Notes under the pieces: model-generated
Databases searched by the model: none
The model's input: the letters and a program-made list of their open reading frames with translations, nothing else
What the model was told of the DNA's origin: nothing
Origin: the human T2T-CHM13v2.0 reference genome, Homo sapiens
Assembly (NCBI RefSeq): GCF_009914755.1
Contig: NC_060936.1
Strand: one strand, 5' to 3'
Length of the DNA: 64,000 nt
Program-made: the position numbers and the translations under genes
Shown: one piece after another, positions 42,781 to 55,572 of the stretch
Position numbering within the stretch: position 1 is the stretch's first letter
How the letters are laid out: each line of letters begins with the position of its first letter

Positions 42781-45700
42781 CCAAACACATCAGGCCAGGC
42801 CATCTTGGAATATTTCTGCAGCAACTTTAGCAGGACTAACACGTGTCTCACTAAACCTGTGTATCAATCCCAGTAAATAAAATCATTCAGTAAAGGGTCA
42901 TCATTAGACCTCATCTAGGTATCCATGCTGAATCAATATCGGCATTTTATTAGATTATATGTCTAGAATTGACAGATTTATAATACAGCTGCTATTTTGT
43001 TACATTATTTATTCTCCTACCACATCACACACATTTCACGAGGAAATCTGTCAAGGAGAACCTACTTTAATCAGGTACTTCGGAAGCCCATCTGAACATC
43101 AGCCCTACAGAGAGCCATCCTGTTTACCTAAGAATCTTTAAAGACATGATATTAAAATGGAAATGAGAACCAGCGTTCTTGCTTAAAGGTGATAGACTTT
43201 TATTGTCACAATGTCTTCCAGCAACTGCAAAACAGGAGCAGAAACTACACAGGCCCTGAAAGGGCAAACTGTACCAGCATTTACCACCACTCGCAATGGA
43301 GGAAACCCAGATACAAAAGGGGTCACTCAGTGCATGAAGGCAGAGGAACATCTGAATTCATGAGCACTGCTCCTGCTCACTCCAGGGCAGTGGCTAACCT
43401 AATCTTATTCTTATTAGTACATCTCCTCCTCCCACATCTTGGGTGCTTCTACTGCCTGAGTTTTTACTCCCTCCCCTGAGTGCAAACCCTGGGCTCTCCA
43501 ACACCTGGTTGTCATAGTGACATCATTTGTTGCCCAAAGGGAGATATGCTTGCGTCAGGAGATGCAGGCAGGGCACCCCCTCGAGAGCTATGGGACGTCA
43601 CTGTCTGCCTCATAGGCTCTGACCTCCAGAGCAAATTCCTCCCCAAGTCATATGTCCAGGCAAAACCTGAGCTTGAGAACACCTATCTGCCACTGCCCTG
43701 AAGGCAAAAACGAAAAATGTCCCAGGAACCCTGTATGGCCTCAACGGAGAGCTGACCTCAGAAGCCTTTTCCCTGGTTGAATCCCAGATCTGCTGAAAGA
43801 GACTTCCAGAAAGTCCCTCTCTCACCATGGTCTCTTCTAAGCACAAAGATGTATCCACAGCTTGTGGATATAGATGAGGAGGAGCCAAGAGAACTATCTG
43901 GGCTTGATACAGAAAAGCTAGAAGCATACAGAGGAGGCCGTGATCAGGCAGCCCCTGAAACAGACAGCTGGAGCTACAGAGCACCAAAGCTGGGAGGCGG
44001 TGCAGCAATTACGCCTGGATGCCCAGGCCAGCTCACACGCCTTCTGTCACCTGCAGGGGAGGCAGGGAGGGAGGTGGAGAGTGCTGTAGACCGTTCCCAA
44101 TCTTTAAGAAGGTTTAGTCACACATAGTTAAGAGCAAGTGGATCATGCTGAACTCCAGCTTGCAGGGTCCCAGAAGGGACCAGCACTCAGGGTGAAGGGA
44201 GGCACACTCTGGAGTCCTGCCCCATATGGACCAGCATGGTGTGAGTAAAGCACAGACACGTAACAATCCCTTTAAACTTGCAGAGTCTAGAGCCTTCTAA
44301 TGCAGCTCTTAGTGAATCCACTTTCTCCCTTACAGGTTCACCATGTCCTCTCTTCACCAACTGGCAAAGCTAGCAAATAAACCAGGGAGAGACTACTGCT
44401 CCTTCTTAATGGACAGTGCCTGATTCCAGAGCCCTGGATGTAATCCCAGATGTGTCTGTCTGCCCCAAGCCTTTACAGCAGGAACCATCCCACCTGATGG
44501 ATCAGAGATAGAAGCAGCAAGTTTGGCTCCCCAGGGATCACATTTGACAGAGGTCATCAATTTAAGAATTTCACGAGACTATGAAGGAACTCAAGTGTTA
44601 AAAACCCTTTGCAACAACCCTTTGCAATGCCAGATAACATGAAGGTGTGTGGGACTCATGACCCTCTCTGAGGCCACAAGCTCCTCAGAGAGCAGCTAGA
44701 CCTGAGACAGGCAGAAAGATGCTATAGCCACCTTGGAGGCATTCAAGGGACGGGGCATCCTGAATGGAAGAGACTTAGCTTCTGCTCCCAGATGCCACAC
44801 TGACCTATTCGAACATTTTAGCCAGTAACCCCACCTCTCTAGGTCTCAGCGTCTCCACACAGTAACATGAAAGTCGTGCAGCACGGCAAAATGAATCCTC
44901 AGTTGGAACCAAGAAGAAAAGTGCCTTTCTTGTGAGGAAGGCAAGTCTTAAAATGCAGGAGTGACTCTCTCCACAGTTTTCAGTGGGTCACTTACTAACT
45001 ATCCACTAGGGAAGACATCCACCTGCAAAGGCTGGAAAATCCAGGACTAAGGGTTTCCAGAATGCTAAAGGAAGTCACATCCAAAGTTCTACTTTGGGTT
45101 CTCCCCTGTAAGTGGGTGAAGAAGCCACAGAGAGCCAGTGGGAGCCGGGCAGCCCTGAGCAGATGGTGACAGCCACTTCTCTGGGAATTTCCAGGACACT
45201 AGGCAGCTTTGGCAAATGGGGAACTAGGCAGCTACTGGAAGCCAGGAGGGACCCATCTACCCCCACGCTGCTCCCTCTTCCGGTTGTCCTGGCTTCTAGG
45301 AAGGCAGGAATTCCTTGTTCTCAAGACGGAGGAAGCCTCTTCTTAACGACCCTCCAGGAGGGGAAAGAAAGAGACTTCCAGCCCCTACCTGGGGCTGAGT
45401 CACGGAAGCTGCACAATAGCACCAGGTGAGCTTCAGGAGAGGGAGACTGACATTCTCTAGCGCCTCTTGGCTTGCCTAGAATCTGCCTGCAATGAGCCTG
45501 GGCCTTGGGGAGAACATGGGAACAGCCACAGATGGTAAGGAAGAGTGAAGGAGAACATCCAGGTGCTGGCAGGATGGGCAGGTTGGGACACCATGGCAAA
45601 TAATCCCTACAGGCCCCAGAGAGGCCACCCTACACTGCGGCTCCCAAGCCTTCTCCATGTCCTTCAGCTCCAAATGCAGGGGTCCTTCCTTGCACCTAAG

Positions 45701-47639
45701 CAAAATGCTTCCTGCAACCACCTCGAAGAACACTTGACAGTTATAATATAATGAAAACAAATAAATATGCAGCACACACTTGGGCGTTTTTGCTCTTTCT
45801 CCTTCAGGATATGTTGTAGGCACCACCCACATACCACTAAAACTACAGAAACAAATCTAGCCCTGCCGTGAGAATCTCTCTTGCTTAACAGAAGAAGCTG
45901 TGTCAACATGACCACACAGCACTAGCTGGGATTTGGACACTAAGGTTTTAGTCCTGACTTCACGAACATTCAGGGACATTAAAACCAGTCTTCTCTCCTG
46001 GCTAGGTATCACCAAGACTGGCCAGCAAGCCCAAGGAAAGGCCACAAGAAAGGGTCATCTTGTCCTTCAAAGACTTGTTCACCTTCACGAAGCATCTTTC
46101 TGACATCAACTTTGGGAGTTATCCATGGAGATGCAATTCCATCCTGGCTGGGCTCTCCCTGCCTCCTAGTTCCCACCTATTCTACCAGGTGGAGTGGACC
46201 CTGACTTCATTATATCAGCCAAAGAGAAACATTTTCTGATGGGAAAATTTTTTGTTAAAAGGCATTGCTGTGGTTAACAGTAATTTCGTATCTTTCCAAA
46301 GACAAATACATATTTTTATATCTACAACATATATATTGTAAATAGTCCACAATTTACTTCTTCCATTAGTGCAGGTAACAGAAGGCTGACTGATCTCTCC
46401 TATGACTTGCTGTGTGTTCCTGGTCTCCGTAATGATCCTAGACAGGCTGGGGTCACCACCTGTTTTCTTACACAGGCAATGGATGGTGATCACCATTTAA
46501 AGGGAAGGAAGGAAAAATTAGAGAGTGGGAGGACAGAAAATGGTTGGGCGAGAGAGGTGAGATGTGGTGAGACATGCTTCCTCCTTTTCCTTTAAATCTG
46601 ATGCAGGACTTTTCAGGAAATTAAACACCGAGACTATTAGCATCGGATAGAAAACAGATGAGGTTAAGACATCGCAATACTACAGCAGATTCCCTGGGCA
46701 GGCAGAGAGGGGACATGTGTAAGCAATCACCACAGTATTTCTGGAAAAGACCTTTTATGTTTTTAATACTTAACACTTCATAACAGGGACTAATAGGCAG
46801 GATAAAAAGAAGCCTGCTCAAAAGGCAACTTGGGGCATGAATGATTTTCCAGACAACAGAGTGGGGGAGGGAAGTTGCTTGAGCTTCAGCTCCTCAACCC
46901 TCCCACCATCGCCCACCCTCCTCTGCTCACTAGAGTTGTTGAAGGTGGGGAGAAGCCAGCAGGAGGATGGCATAAGGGGATCATCGGTGCATCCCCACTG
47001 AAGAGGTGGGGCCATTTTCCTTCCCCTAACTGTAACCTCCAATTCCTAGTTTCTTGAACTACAAAGCACAACTGAGCCTCCCTCACACTCAGATTGTTCA
47101 TCTATAATTTGGGAGTGGCTATACTCCACCTGCCTGCCTAAAAGGAAAGAAGAATCACCTAAAGTTGACCCTCCAAAAGCTATAATGGCATGGATCATCA
47201 CATGTTTTAAGCAAGAGCCCTGGATTTGAGGGCTAGAGGTGTTCCGAGCCCCATCTCTGTTTCCTGTGGCTGTGTGATCTAGGCCAAGGTGCTCAAGTTT
47301 CTGTGCCTCCATTTCTGCATATATCAGTTAAGGAATTTGGACAGCCAATGTTTCTCAACTGGTGCTCTCTTGCCATGGGAGGGTGGGGTGAGGGCTGTGT
47401 GTGGAGGGCCATTGGATATATTTCAGAACAGTTGGCATTGTGGCTCTCCAGGCACTAAATACAGTAGCAACCACCCTCACATTTCCAAATACCTGGGTGG
47501 GGGAAAGGGGGGAGCTGGTAAAATTGTTGGAAAGTAGATAAGCAGGTAAAGAGAACATCTAAGACACTTCTAGCCACTTCCACACCCACCCGTAGTCTCG
47601 CATGCCCAAAGTCCAGGATGCTGCACGAGGCAGGCTTAC

Positions 47640-47681
47640 CTTCCTGTCATTCATATCGTCCTCTGGACTATCGTATTCACC
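47640..47681 (-). CDS. ANO2: ANO2 internal coding exon, 42 nt, phase 0 to 0: GEYDSPEDDMNDRK
   Basis: tttttctccacag|GGTGAATAC...AGGAAG|gtaagc. Continues the previous exon in frame. Confidence 0.95.
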
Positions 47682-48900
47682 CTGTGGAGAAAAAGTGATG
47701 CTGGATAAAGCCAATGAAATTACCAGAAGCAGGTGCCAAAGGAGAAAGGATTTTCTTTTTTATTTTCTAATATCATTGCTTTTTTTTCATTCCCATTTAA
47801 GGAAGGTCAAAAGCATGGCATGGTAAGGGGCTGATATTCCATTTTCTGAGCCATCAACACTTGCCACATTTCCTGGGATAACTTCTCACATGAAGATGTG
47901 CCCCCTCATCCACTTCAGAGATCAGCCTGTGCCCCCTCGTAGCAATGCAATGGCAGAGCTCCAGACTTTAAATGGTTTAGCCCATCACGTGAAAAGCACC
48001 TGTGCCATGACATGCTCACTCTGTCCGTAACTACAGAACTTAGCAGTGCATATGCCACTGCAAATATGTCAGGAATTAGAAGACTGCCATCCGAAAAATT
48101 CCTGCTGGCAGTCAGGGAGCCCCACCTCAGCAGTCTCAAATGGCACTACCGCATGGCACGTGCCCAAGACCTGACCAGTCTGATGAATAGTGAAGCCATG
48201 GAGCATTTAGCTCAAGGACCAGTTACATTCTCGTAAACTGTCTTGAAGAATACCATTGCATTGTATCATGGTATGTTCGTAACATTATCTCCAGTCAAGG
48301 AGAGATTTCATTACAGTCATTCTGTTTTCTTTACTTAACCAAAGCATTGTACAAGGAATTCTGAGAGATTTTCTTCAAAAAAAATTTTTTTTAAAATAAT
48401 GATCTTTCGTTAATATGTACCTGCATGTTAAGGAGGAATTTCACATCTGCACAAAACTCTCCCATACAAAATATCACTTTCAGGCAGCTAAGGAGACGTC
48501 TGACAGTCCAGGTTAGGGATTACTCACGCCTTTCAGTCTCCTTCCACCACCATCCACCACCCTCATCAATATCTCCTCCCTTTAATCACCTCATGCCACA
48601 TCTGTATAGTTACACTTTTGCTAAAAATAAAGCTAGGGAGTACAAGAAAAGCTCAAACAAAGCCCAGTTTATTGTGTCATCTGGGGAAATCATTGCCGAG
48701 ACAGTTTGAGATGAATGGCAAAAATCAAACTGGGGATTATTGTCAGCAATGAGTGGTCCAGGGTCAGTCAAGGTATTTTAATGTCATGATTCACTCCTGC
48801 CTCACCCTGCAGGTATTCACCCATCTCACTGCCACTGAAAAGTTGTGGTTTTCAACGTTTTGAAGACTACAGAGAGCACGCTGATGAAAATAGTACTTAC

Positions 48901-48956
48901 GTCATGAAGAGGGTAGGCAGCCTCATAGATATTGTTTGCGATCAGAGAGTTAATAC
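48901..48956 (-). CDS. ANO2: ANO2 internal coding exon, 56 nt, phase 1 to 0: (G)[18 protein letters not shown]
   Basis: Minus strand reads ...ctttcttccgtag|GTATTAAC...CATGAC|gtaagt. It contains the anoctamin 'AAYPLHD' motif. [10 protein letters not shown] fits ANO2 rather than ANO1 (TSLLANGVYA). Confidence 0.96.
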
Positions 48957-49447
48957 CTACGGAAGAAAGGGAGATGAAAATAGTAACTCTGGGGCAAGCG
49001 TTTCTCAACTTAACCCCTGTTTTTTGATAAATAAGCTTTCACATGCCCCCCCAGTTGAGAATCACTGCATCCTCCTCTATATCATCCAGGCTAGAACTTT
49101 TTGTCAAGCTCTGGTTCTTAGTATAAGAACAATATTGTTTCATTCTCTAAATACAAAATTATGTTTTAATATCAAATATGCTGTCTCAAAGTTCACATTC
49201 CTCCTGTCTTCAAAGATTCCAGTCATTCCATTCCAATAACCTTCCACCACCATCAGGTGAGAATCTCTGTGCTCCATGACCGCATAGGAATGGTTATATG
49301 GATCATTTTAATCATGATCTATAAAAGTGTATGAGAGCATCCGACTGCACTTTGAGCTCCTTCCTGCTGTTTCACAAGGCAGCGTTCGCTGTGACTGATC
49401 TGCCGCCTGGACCATAATATCCCTGAGGTGGGCAGGAAGCAACAGGG

Positions 49448-49788
49448 CAGTGGTTCTCAAAATGTGGTCTGGGGAGCCCTGGGAGTCCTCATGAGGCTTT
49501 CAGGGGTCCCTGGAGGAAAACTATTTTTCTAACAGCACTAACGGTTTCTAACTGCTTTCTCACTCTTCCTTCACAAGTACATAGTGGGGTGTTGTGGCAC
49601 ATGCTGACATCATCCCCTATGGCTAATGGCATGTGTGTTTGTGTATTCTTGCACTTTCACAATTTCTCAGCCTTAACTTCTCATGCAGTAAACATTGGTC
49701 GACATAGTCATGCAAACACCCTTTGGGTGTTCCCAATAATTTTTAAAAGTGTGAAGTTACCCTGAGACCAAAAAGTTTGAAAACTATA
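49448..49788 (+). mobile_element. hAT-Charlie (Charlie1-like) internally deleted DNA transposon
   Basis: Termini cagtggttctcaaaatgtggtc... and ...ataatttttaaaagtgtgaag..cctgagaccaaaaagtttgaaaact. Confidence 0.7.
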
Positions 49789-52700
49789 CAAGGGATTTAT
49801 GTTTTAATTCCAACAGTGTCTCACACCACTTGCACATAGCAGACCCTACTAAACAAATGTGAAATGAACAAATGGCTCTGTCCCTCCAACTCCATTATAC
49901 TCACAACAGAGAACCTTCTGCGCAGCATAAAGTCGTCGTTATTTACTTGTTTCATTCTTGGTTTTTTTCAGAGACTATAAAGTGGTCTGTGTGTTCTGTC
50001 TGAGTCGGGATGGTCTGTCCTAGGTCGCTGGCTTCCAGATGGGAGGGATTATGTCTCACCAACTCGTAGTACCAAGGATCCCGCCATACGAGGATCCACA
50101 TTTAATCATGGAGGGGGAGGAGAGGGGGAATTTCTGGTACACAATGATTTCCCTTGTCTCGCACTTACTTTCTGCCCTGAACCATTCTTTCCAAAGAGAC
50201 TGTAGACTGTAGTGAGATGAGGAGATAATTGGTTTTGGAGGGAAAGATGTATGATGTCCAAATGCTAAGAAATCTGCATTTGCATGGCTCTGAATAAACG
50301 CCGAGGTTGGATAACAAATCTAGACAACATTTACTCATTAAAATTCATGGCTTCCCACCTCCCGCTCTTACCCAATGCCCCACCCACATGCTCAGAGACC
50401 CGCAGAGGATCTCAGACAATCCTCTCCCCTCCATCAGCCTCCTCTTCCTCAAACCTCGCCCCCATTTGCCACAGTTCCAGGACATTGGATGGCACAAAGA
50501 CTATTCTCCAGGCCCCACGTGGGAGCAGAGGCCCGCGGCAGGCTGCCAGGTGTGCCCAGTAGAAGTGGCTGCTCTTCCAATGAGTTGAAAGCTAAGTGTT
50601 TTGGTACTGCTGCGTCACCAAAGGGCCAGTCCTTTCCTGATTTTAAGTTTCTTCCTTGGCATGCACATAAAACATGAGAAATAACTTTGTGGGGTGAGAG
50701 GAGCAGAGGGTGGGGAGAGGGAGTGCAGATGGGGGAAGGGTGCCTGGAGGTTCGCTAAGCTGCAGATTTGTCTGACTCACAAGACTACAATTTCACTCTG
50801 AGCATCATTACTCAGTTCAAGAGCCATAACCACAGCAATGTGAAGCCACCCTACCATAATCAAAGGGAGGAGTCCCAAGCCGGGAGGGGAGTTTGTGGGA
50901 GTTTGTAGTTAAAAGCTACAAAGTGCTGTAGGCATGGATAGAGGTTGAAGCATCACAGGCGGGTAGGGCCCCAGCTAGACCGCACCCCAGAACCTACCCA
51001 ACCCAATCCATACAGTCACACCCCACAGTTGCCGTGGCAGCTGTATATACCCTTAAGACAGTCCCAAAACTCTGTGGAAAAGTCCAGCAGTTGTTTTCAC
51101 CGACTTAGCTCATCTGCTAATTCTCAGCTGGACTTTGCACGGTAGCCGAGTGTCTGGAAGCATCAGACCATTAGACCGACAACCTGAACTCCTGGTCCCA
51201 GCTGCCAGATCCTCAGAAATGCCTCAAATTATTGGGACATTAAAGCCATGCGCCCTATCCCCCATCTTAAATAAAGCTTCCTGTGCACGGTGCAGCTGGA
51301 AGTGGGCAGCTTGCTTCACTTCCAGGACAAGGTTTACTCATTGTTTTGTGTTCCCCAGAGGCCTGACCTGCGTCAGAGAGCACTCCTCTCACCTGTGTGT
51401 CTCACCGCACTTAGCTCACAGCTGGAAACACAGAAGAGATGGCAGCCCTAACAGTCACCGGCCCTATGGCTGCAGTTATCTCAGTACTCCTCTTGTTCAT
51501 CGCCTTCCTCACTGCTTTGTTGAGCATTCTATGCTCATGAAGAAACTTTTACACTCCAGCTGATTGTTCTGCCTCCTAAGACAGAAAGTCAAGGTAAAAG
51601 GTCCTTTGCTTTGGAGCAAAGATTCAAGTTATAAAACCAGAGTTGTCCTGACTCAGATAACCAGAGCCCCCAAAATGCCGCAACTGGATGTTTCTCTGTT
51701 CCCTCTAGCTGTGTACTCCCTACTTTTCAGGTGGTATCCTATGGGTGATCCCAATCAGTGGCTGATAAGGGAAGGGAGGAAAAAGTACATTAGAGGAGGA
51801 GGAATGGGGCAGGAGAGGCATGTTGAAAAGTAAGCATCCATCCACAACTTTACCCAACAACAGGGATTTGCTTTGGCCTCCCCGTTCACCCAGACTTCAG
51901 AAACCAAGATTCTACCCCCAAACAAGCATGGAAATCAGTTTAAAACAAGAAGAAAATAATCAAACGTTTTTAAAAAAGAGTCCCTGCTTTGAAAATTGAA
52001 ATTCTGATTTTTTTCTTTCTTTTCAGCAAAAAATGGGCTAATTGGTTCCATCATGCGCCATCCATCTGGCCATAATGGCAAAGCTTTCTTCTTCAGGATT
52101 GCATCTATATTCTTTCCTCTCAGCTCTCGACCCAGGGAGAGACAGAGAGACCCAACCTTTTGTCCTGTTACTTTCAGGATGGGAGACAGTGAGAAGAAGA
52201 AAGTGCTGAGGACATTTTCCTTTCCCTGTCTCCCTTAACAGGAACAACGTCTCAGCTCAAAGTATAGCCCCTGAGGAGCCCCTTACTGATCCTCGAAGTC
52301 AACGTGCCCATGTCTCCTTCAAATCACCAGGTACTTCATGCCTAGTGCTTAGAACTAAAAACCTCCAAAGGAAAAGACTCATGTTTCCTCCCTGCCCAGC
52401 ATGGACCACACATCTGTGCAGCCTGACACAACCAGGCCTAGCAACACTGTCCCACATCCACAGGGGCAGGGCCAAGAAACATGACCAGGGAAGGCTTAGG
52501 CCCCAGCATTGGTACCTGAAAACACATACTTGTCATACAAAGCCTGAGACCTAGCATTAAGCTTCATAGACATATCTGGTTTCCTGGACACAAAGGAACA
52601 ACCAAAGCACAGAAGTTTATGGTCTACCTCCCAAAGAGTCTCATTAAATCTACAAGTGCTGCTGGGTGACAGGGACTGCAGTGCCATTCCCTCCAGGCCA

Positions 52701-53610
52701 AACTCAAAGGAAACTTTTATCCATTGGGACAGGTACTTAGAGGAATGGTGCCATACTCCTGAAAATCCATTTGGTTTTGATTCTCCCCAGAAAAGGGCCC
52801 AGTCCACCCGGCATTGTGCTTTCATCCCTGCACTCCAGCCGGACGTAAATCTAAACCAGAACTCCCAGACGGTGCATTTAACAGAGACTATATTTACCCA
52901 TCACCAAATTGTCTTGACGTGTGCTTAATTACTTAAATGCCTTTAATCCCAAGCCTTTTCTTCTAAGAAAATGTAAACCAGTTCAGCTGGATGAATGATA
53001 AACCAGATGTTTACAACACACAACATGGTCTGGCTTTGGTCAAAATAATTAAGACATCGTCTCCTGATTGGGGAGGGGAGGTTCCCAAAGAATACATTTT
53101 GTTTAAAGACTCTGACACCAAAATGTCCACGAAAATATAGTTCCATCAACCTGTAATTTTCTGTCCATAAAAAAGCAACAATAACTTTCATATGAAGGAG
53201 CAAGAAAGGTGTTTACCCTCCTCTGATATGGTCAATGAGGCTTGAGTTTCTTTCCATGGCAAAGTGCACTAAAAAGTTATTCAATAGTAAAGTCAACTCC
53301 CAGGGCCCTGACAATTGACCTTAGGAAAGATGATATTGATTAAGGAGGCATCATGATCACTCCCACACTTCCACCACAATGCAGTACCCAAACTCACAAA
53401 TATTTTCAGTCTCTGAATGTGATGGGCATTAATCCATAATCTCCCACTTCCAGGGGTAAATAAGAGAGAAAATAAGAGGGAAAGGTTGAGTTGTTTCTCT
53501 TGAGGTTATGAAAGAATTCTAAAAAGTTTGATCATTAGTCCAACCATACCTTTTCAAGGTCAACTCCTCCTGCTTTGCCATTTTATACTAATTTTAAACA
53601 CCACCCCCCA

Positions 53611-54706
53611 AAAGAGAGAAAGGGAAGGGAAGGGTAAGGGAGGGGAGGGGAGAAGAGGGGAGAGGAAGGGATGGGAGGGGAGGGGAGGCGAGGCCAGGGA
53701 AGGGCAGGGAAAATAGTGCAGGGCAGGGCAGGGGAGTGGAGGGGAGGCAGGGCAGAGCAGGAAAGAGAAGGGGAAGGGAGGGAAGAAAAGGGAAGGAAAG
53801 GGAAGGGAAGGGGGAAGGGGAAGGGGAAGAGAGGGGAAAGGAGGGAAGGAGAAGGGAGGGAAACACAGGGCAGGGGAAAGAAAGAAGAGGAAGGAAGGAA
53901 GGGAGGGAGGGAGGGAAGGAGGGAGGAAGGAAGGAGGAAGGAGAGAGAAAGAAAAAGAAAGAAAGAAAGAAGGGAAGGAAGGAAGGAGGGAGGGAGGGCA
54001 GGCAGGCAAGCAAAAGAAAGAGAGAAAGGAAGAAAGGAAGAAAGGAAGGAAGGGGGAGGAAGGAAGGAAGGAAGGAAGAAAGGGAGGGAGGGAAGGAGGA
54101 AGGGAGGGAGGGAGGGCAGGCAGGCAAGCGAAGAAAGAAAGAAAGAAAAAGAAAAAAAGAAAGAGAAAGAAAGAGGAAGGAAGAAGAAAAAGGAAGGAAG
54201 GTGGAAGGAAAGAGGAAGGAAGGAAGGGAAGGAGGAAGGGAGGAAGAGAGGGAGGGAAGGCAGACAAGAGAAAGAAAGAAAGAGAAAGAAAAGAAGAAGA
54301 AGGAAGGAAGGGAGGGAGGGAGGCAAGAGGGAAGGGAGGAGGGGAGGGAGGGAAGGCAGGCAAGTGAAAGAAAGAAAAAGAAAGAAAGAAAGGAAAAAAG
54401 GAAGGAAGGAAGGGAGGAAGGAAAGAAGGAAGGAAGGAGAAGGACAGAAGGAAGGAAGGAGAAGGAAAGAAGGAAGGAAGGAGAAGCAAACAAGCAAGCA
54501 AGAAAAAGAAAGAGAGAGAAAGAGAGGAAGGAAGGAAGGAAAGAAGGAAGAGAGGGAGGGAGGAAGGAAGGAAGGGTAAGCAAACAAGCAAGAAAGAAAG
54601 AGAGAGAAAGAAAAAAAGAAAGAGAAGAAACAAAGAAAGAAAGAGGAAGGAAGGAAGACGAAAGAGGAAGGAAAAAAGGAAGAGAGGAAGGAAGGAAAGG
54701 AAAAGA
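53611..54706. repeat. ~1.1-kb polypurine/polypyrimidine (GGAA/GAAA/GGGA) low-complexity tract
   Basis: Almost exclusively A/G on +. It is the source of five 300-357 aa low-complexity ORFs. Confidence 0.97.
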
Positions 54707-54974
54707 AGTTCCAGAGACCTAGCTGGTGGCTAGGGCATTAAAAGGGACTGAATGCCAAATGTTCATACAATATTAGAAAAATAAAAACTAGGCCCTTCAC
54801 AGATAGACTTGGTTATCTTTGGGGGGTCAGAACCCCAGTGGTCAAATCCCCAGGAGGCAGGAGGCAGAGTACTTTGCAATACACTTCATATTCCCAAGTG
54901 TAAGTAGGTCATGAAGACTACAACAGTGCACCCTATCTTTATTTTTATCTTTTTCTTTTGTTCACTCTAGAGTT

Positions 54975-55135
54975 CCTAAGAATCACTGGGTAGATTATTA
55001 AATATGCAGATCTTCGGACCTTGCCCCTGCAGATTCTGATTCAGCAAATGTGGCATGGGACCTGGACAGCCAGGGTTTTAGCAAGCACACCAGGTGATTC
55101 TGATGCCAATTACATGCAACCACACCTGACCACCG
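54975..55135. mobile_element. MER5-like hAT-Charlie MITE
   Basis: agaatcactggg...aaatatgcagat...cagattctgattcag...caggtgattctgatgc. Confidence 0.7.
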
Positions 55136-55572
55136 TCGCCCATAATCACATGCAAAGAATTGCTATAGGAGTACAAACTTCTTCCAACCATCCTCACCAA
55201 CTGCTCTGGATGCTCCTTATTCTCCATCTTCCCTTTCACTACAATTGTCTCCTCTCAACCTCTCTGAGGCCTGCGGACATCACGCAACCCCAAGTCCTGG
55301 CCACACCCCTGGTACCTGCTCTCTGTGAACTTTCAGGAAAGCCAGTTCCCTCCCTGGGCCTCGTTGGCTCATATGTACAGATCATGTGGCTCCTTTGAAT
55401 CACAGAGTCTGGGAAATGTTAGAGTCAGAAAGAAGCTTAGAGAGCACTGAGAGGCCCCATTTGTTTTATGAGGGGAGAAACTGGCCCAGACAGGGAACAT
55501 GGCTTGACCGAAGTTTTACAACTTGTTCATCCCAGAGCTGGAACTGGCACCCACTTCTCCAGCCTTGCCAGC

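Noticed and set aside
44528-44537. Perfect Olf-1/EBF motif TCCCCAGGGA
   Set aside because: About one 8-bp-specified palindromic match is expected by chance in 64 kb, and nothing else supports it.
48826-49008. 60-aa ORF as a standalone gene
   Set aside because: Only 48901-48956 is exonic. The flanks are intron read through the splice sites.
53560-54722. Five 300-357 aa ORFs (F/L/P/S-rich or R/K/E/G-rich)
   Set aside because: Artefacts of a tract with almost no T on +, so stop codons are rare on both strands.
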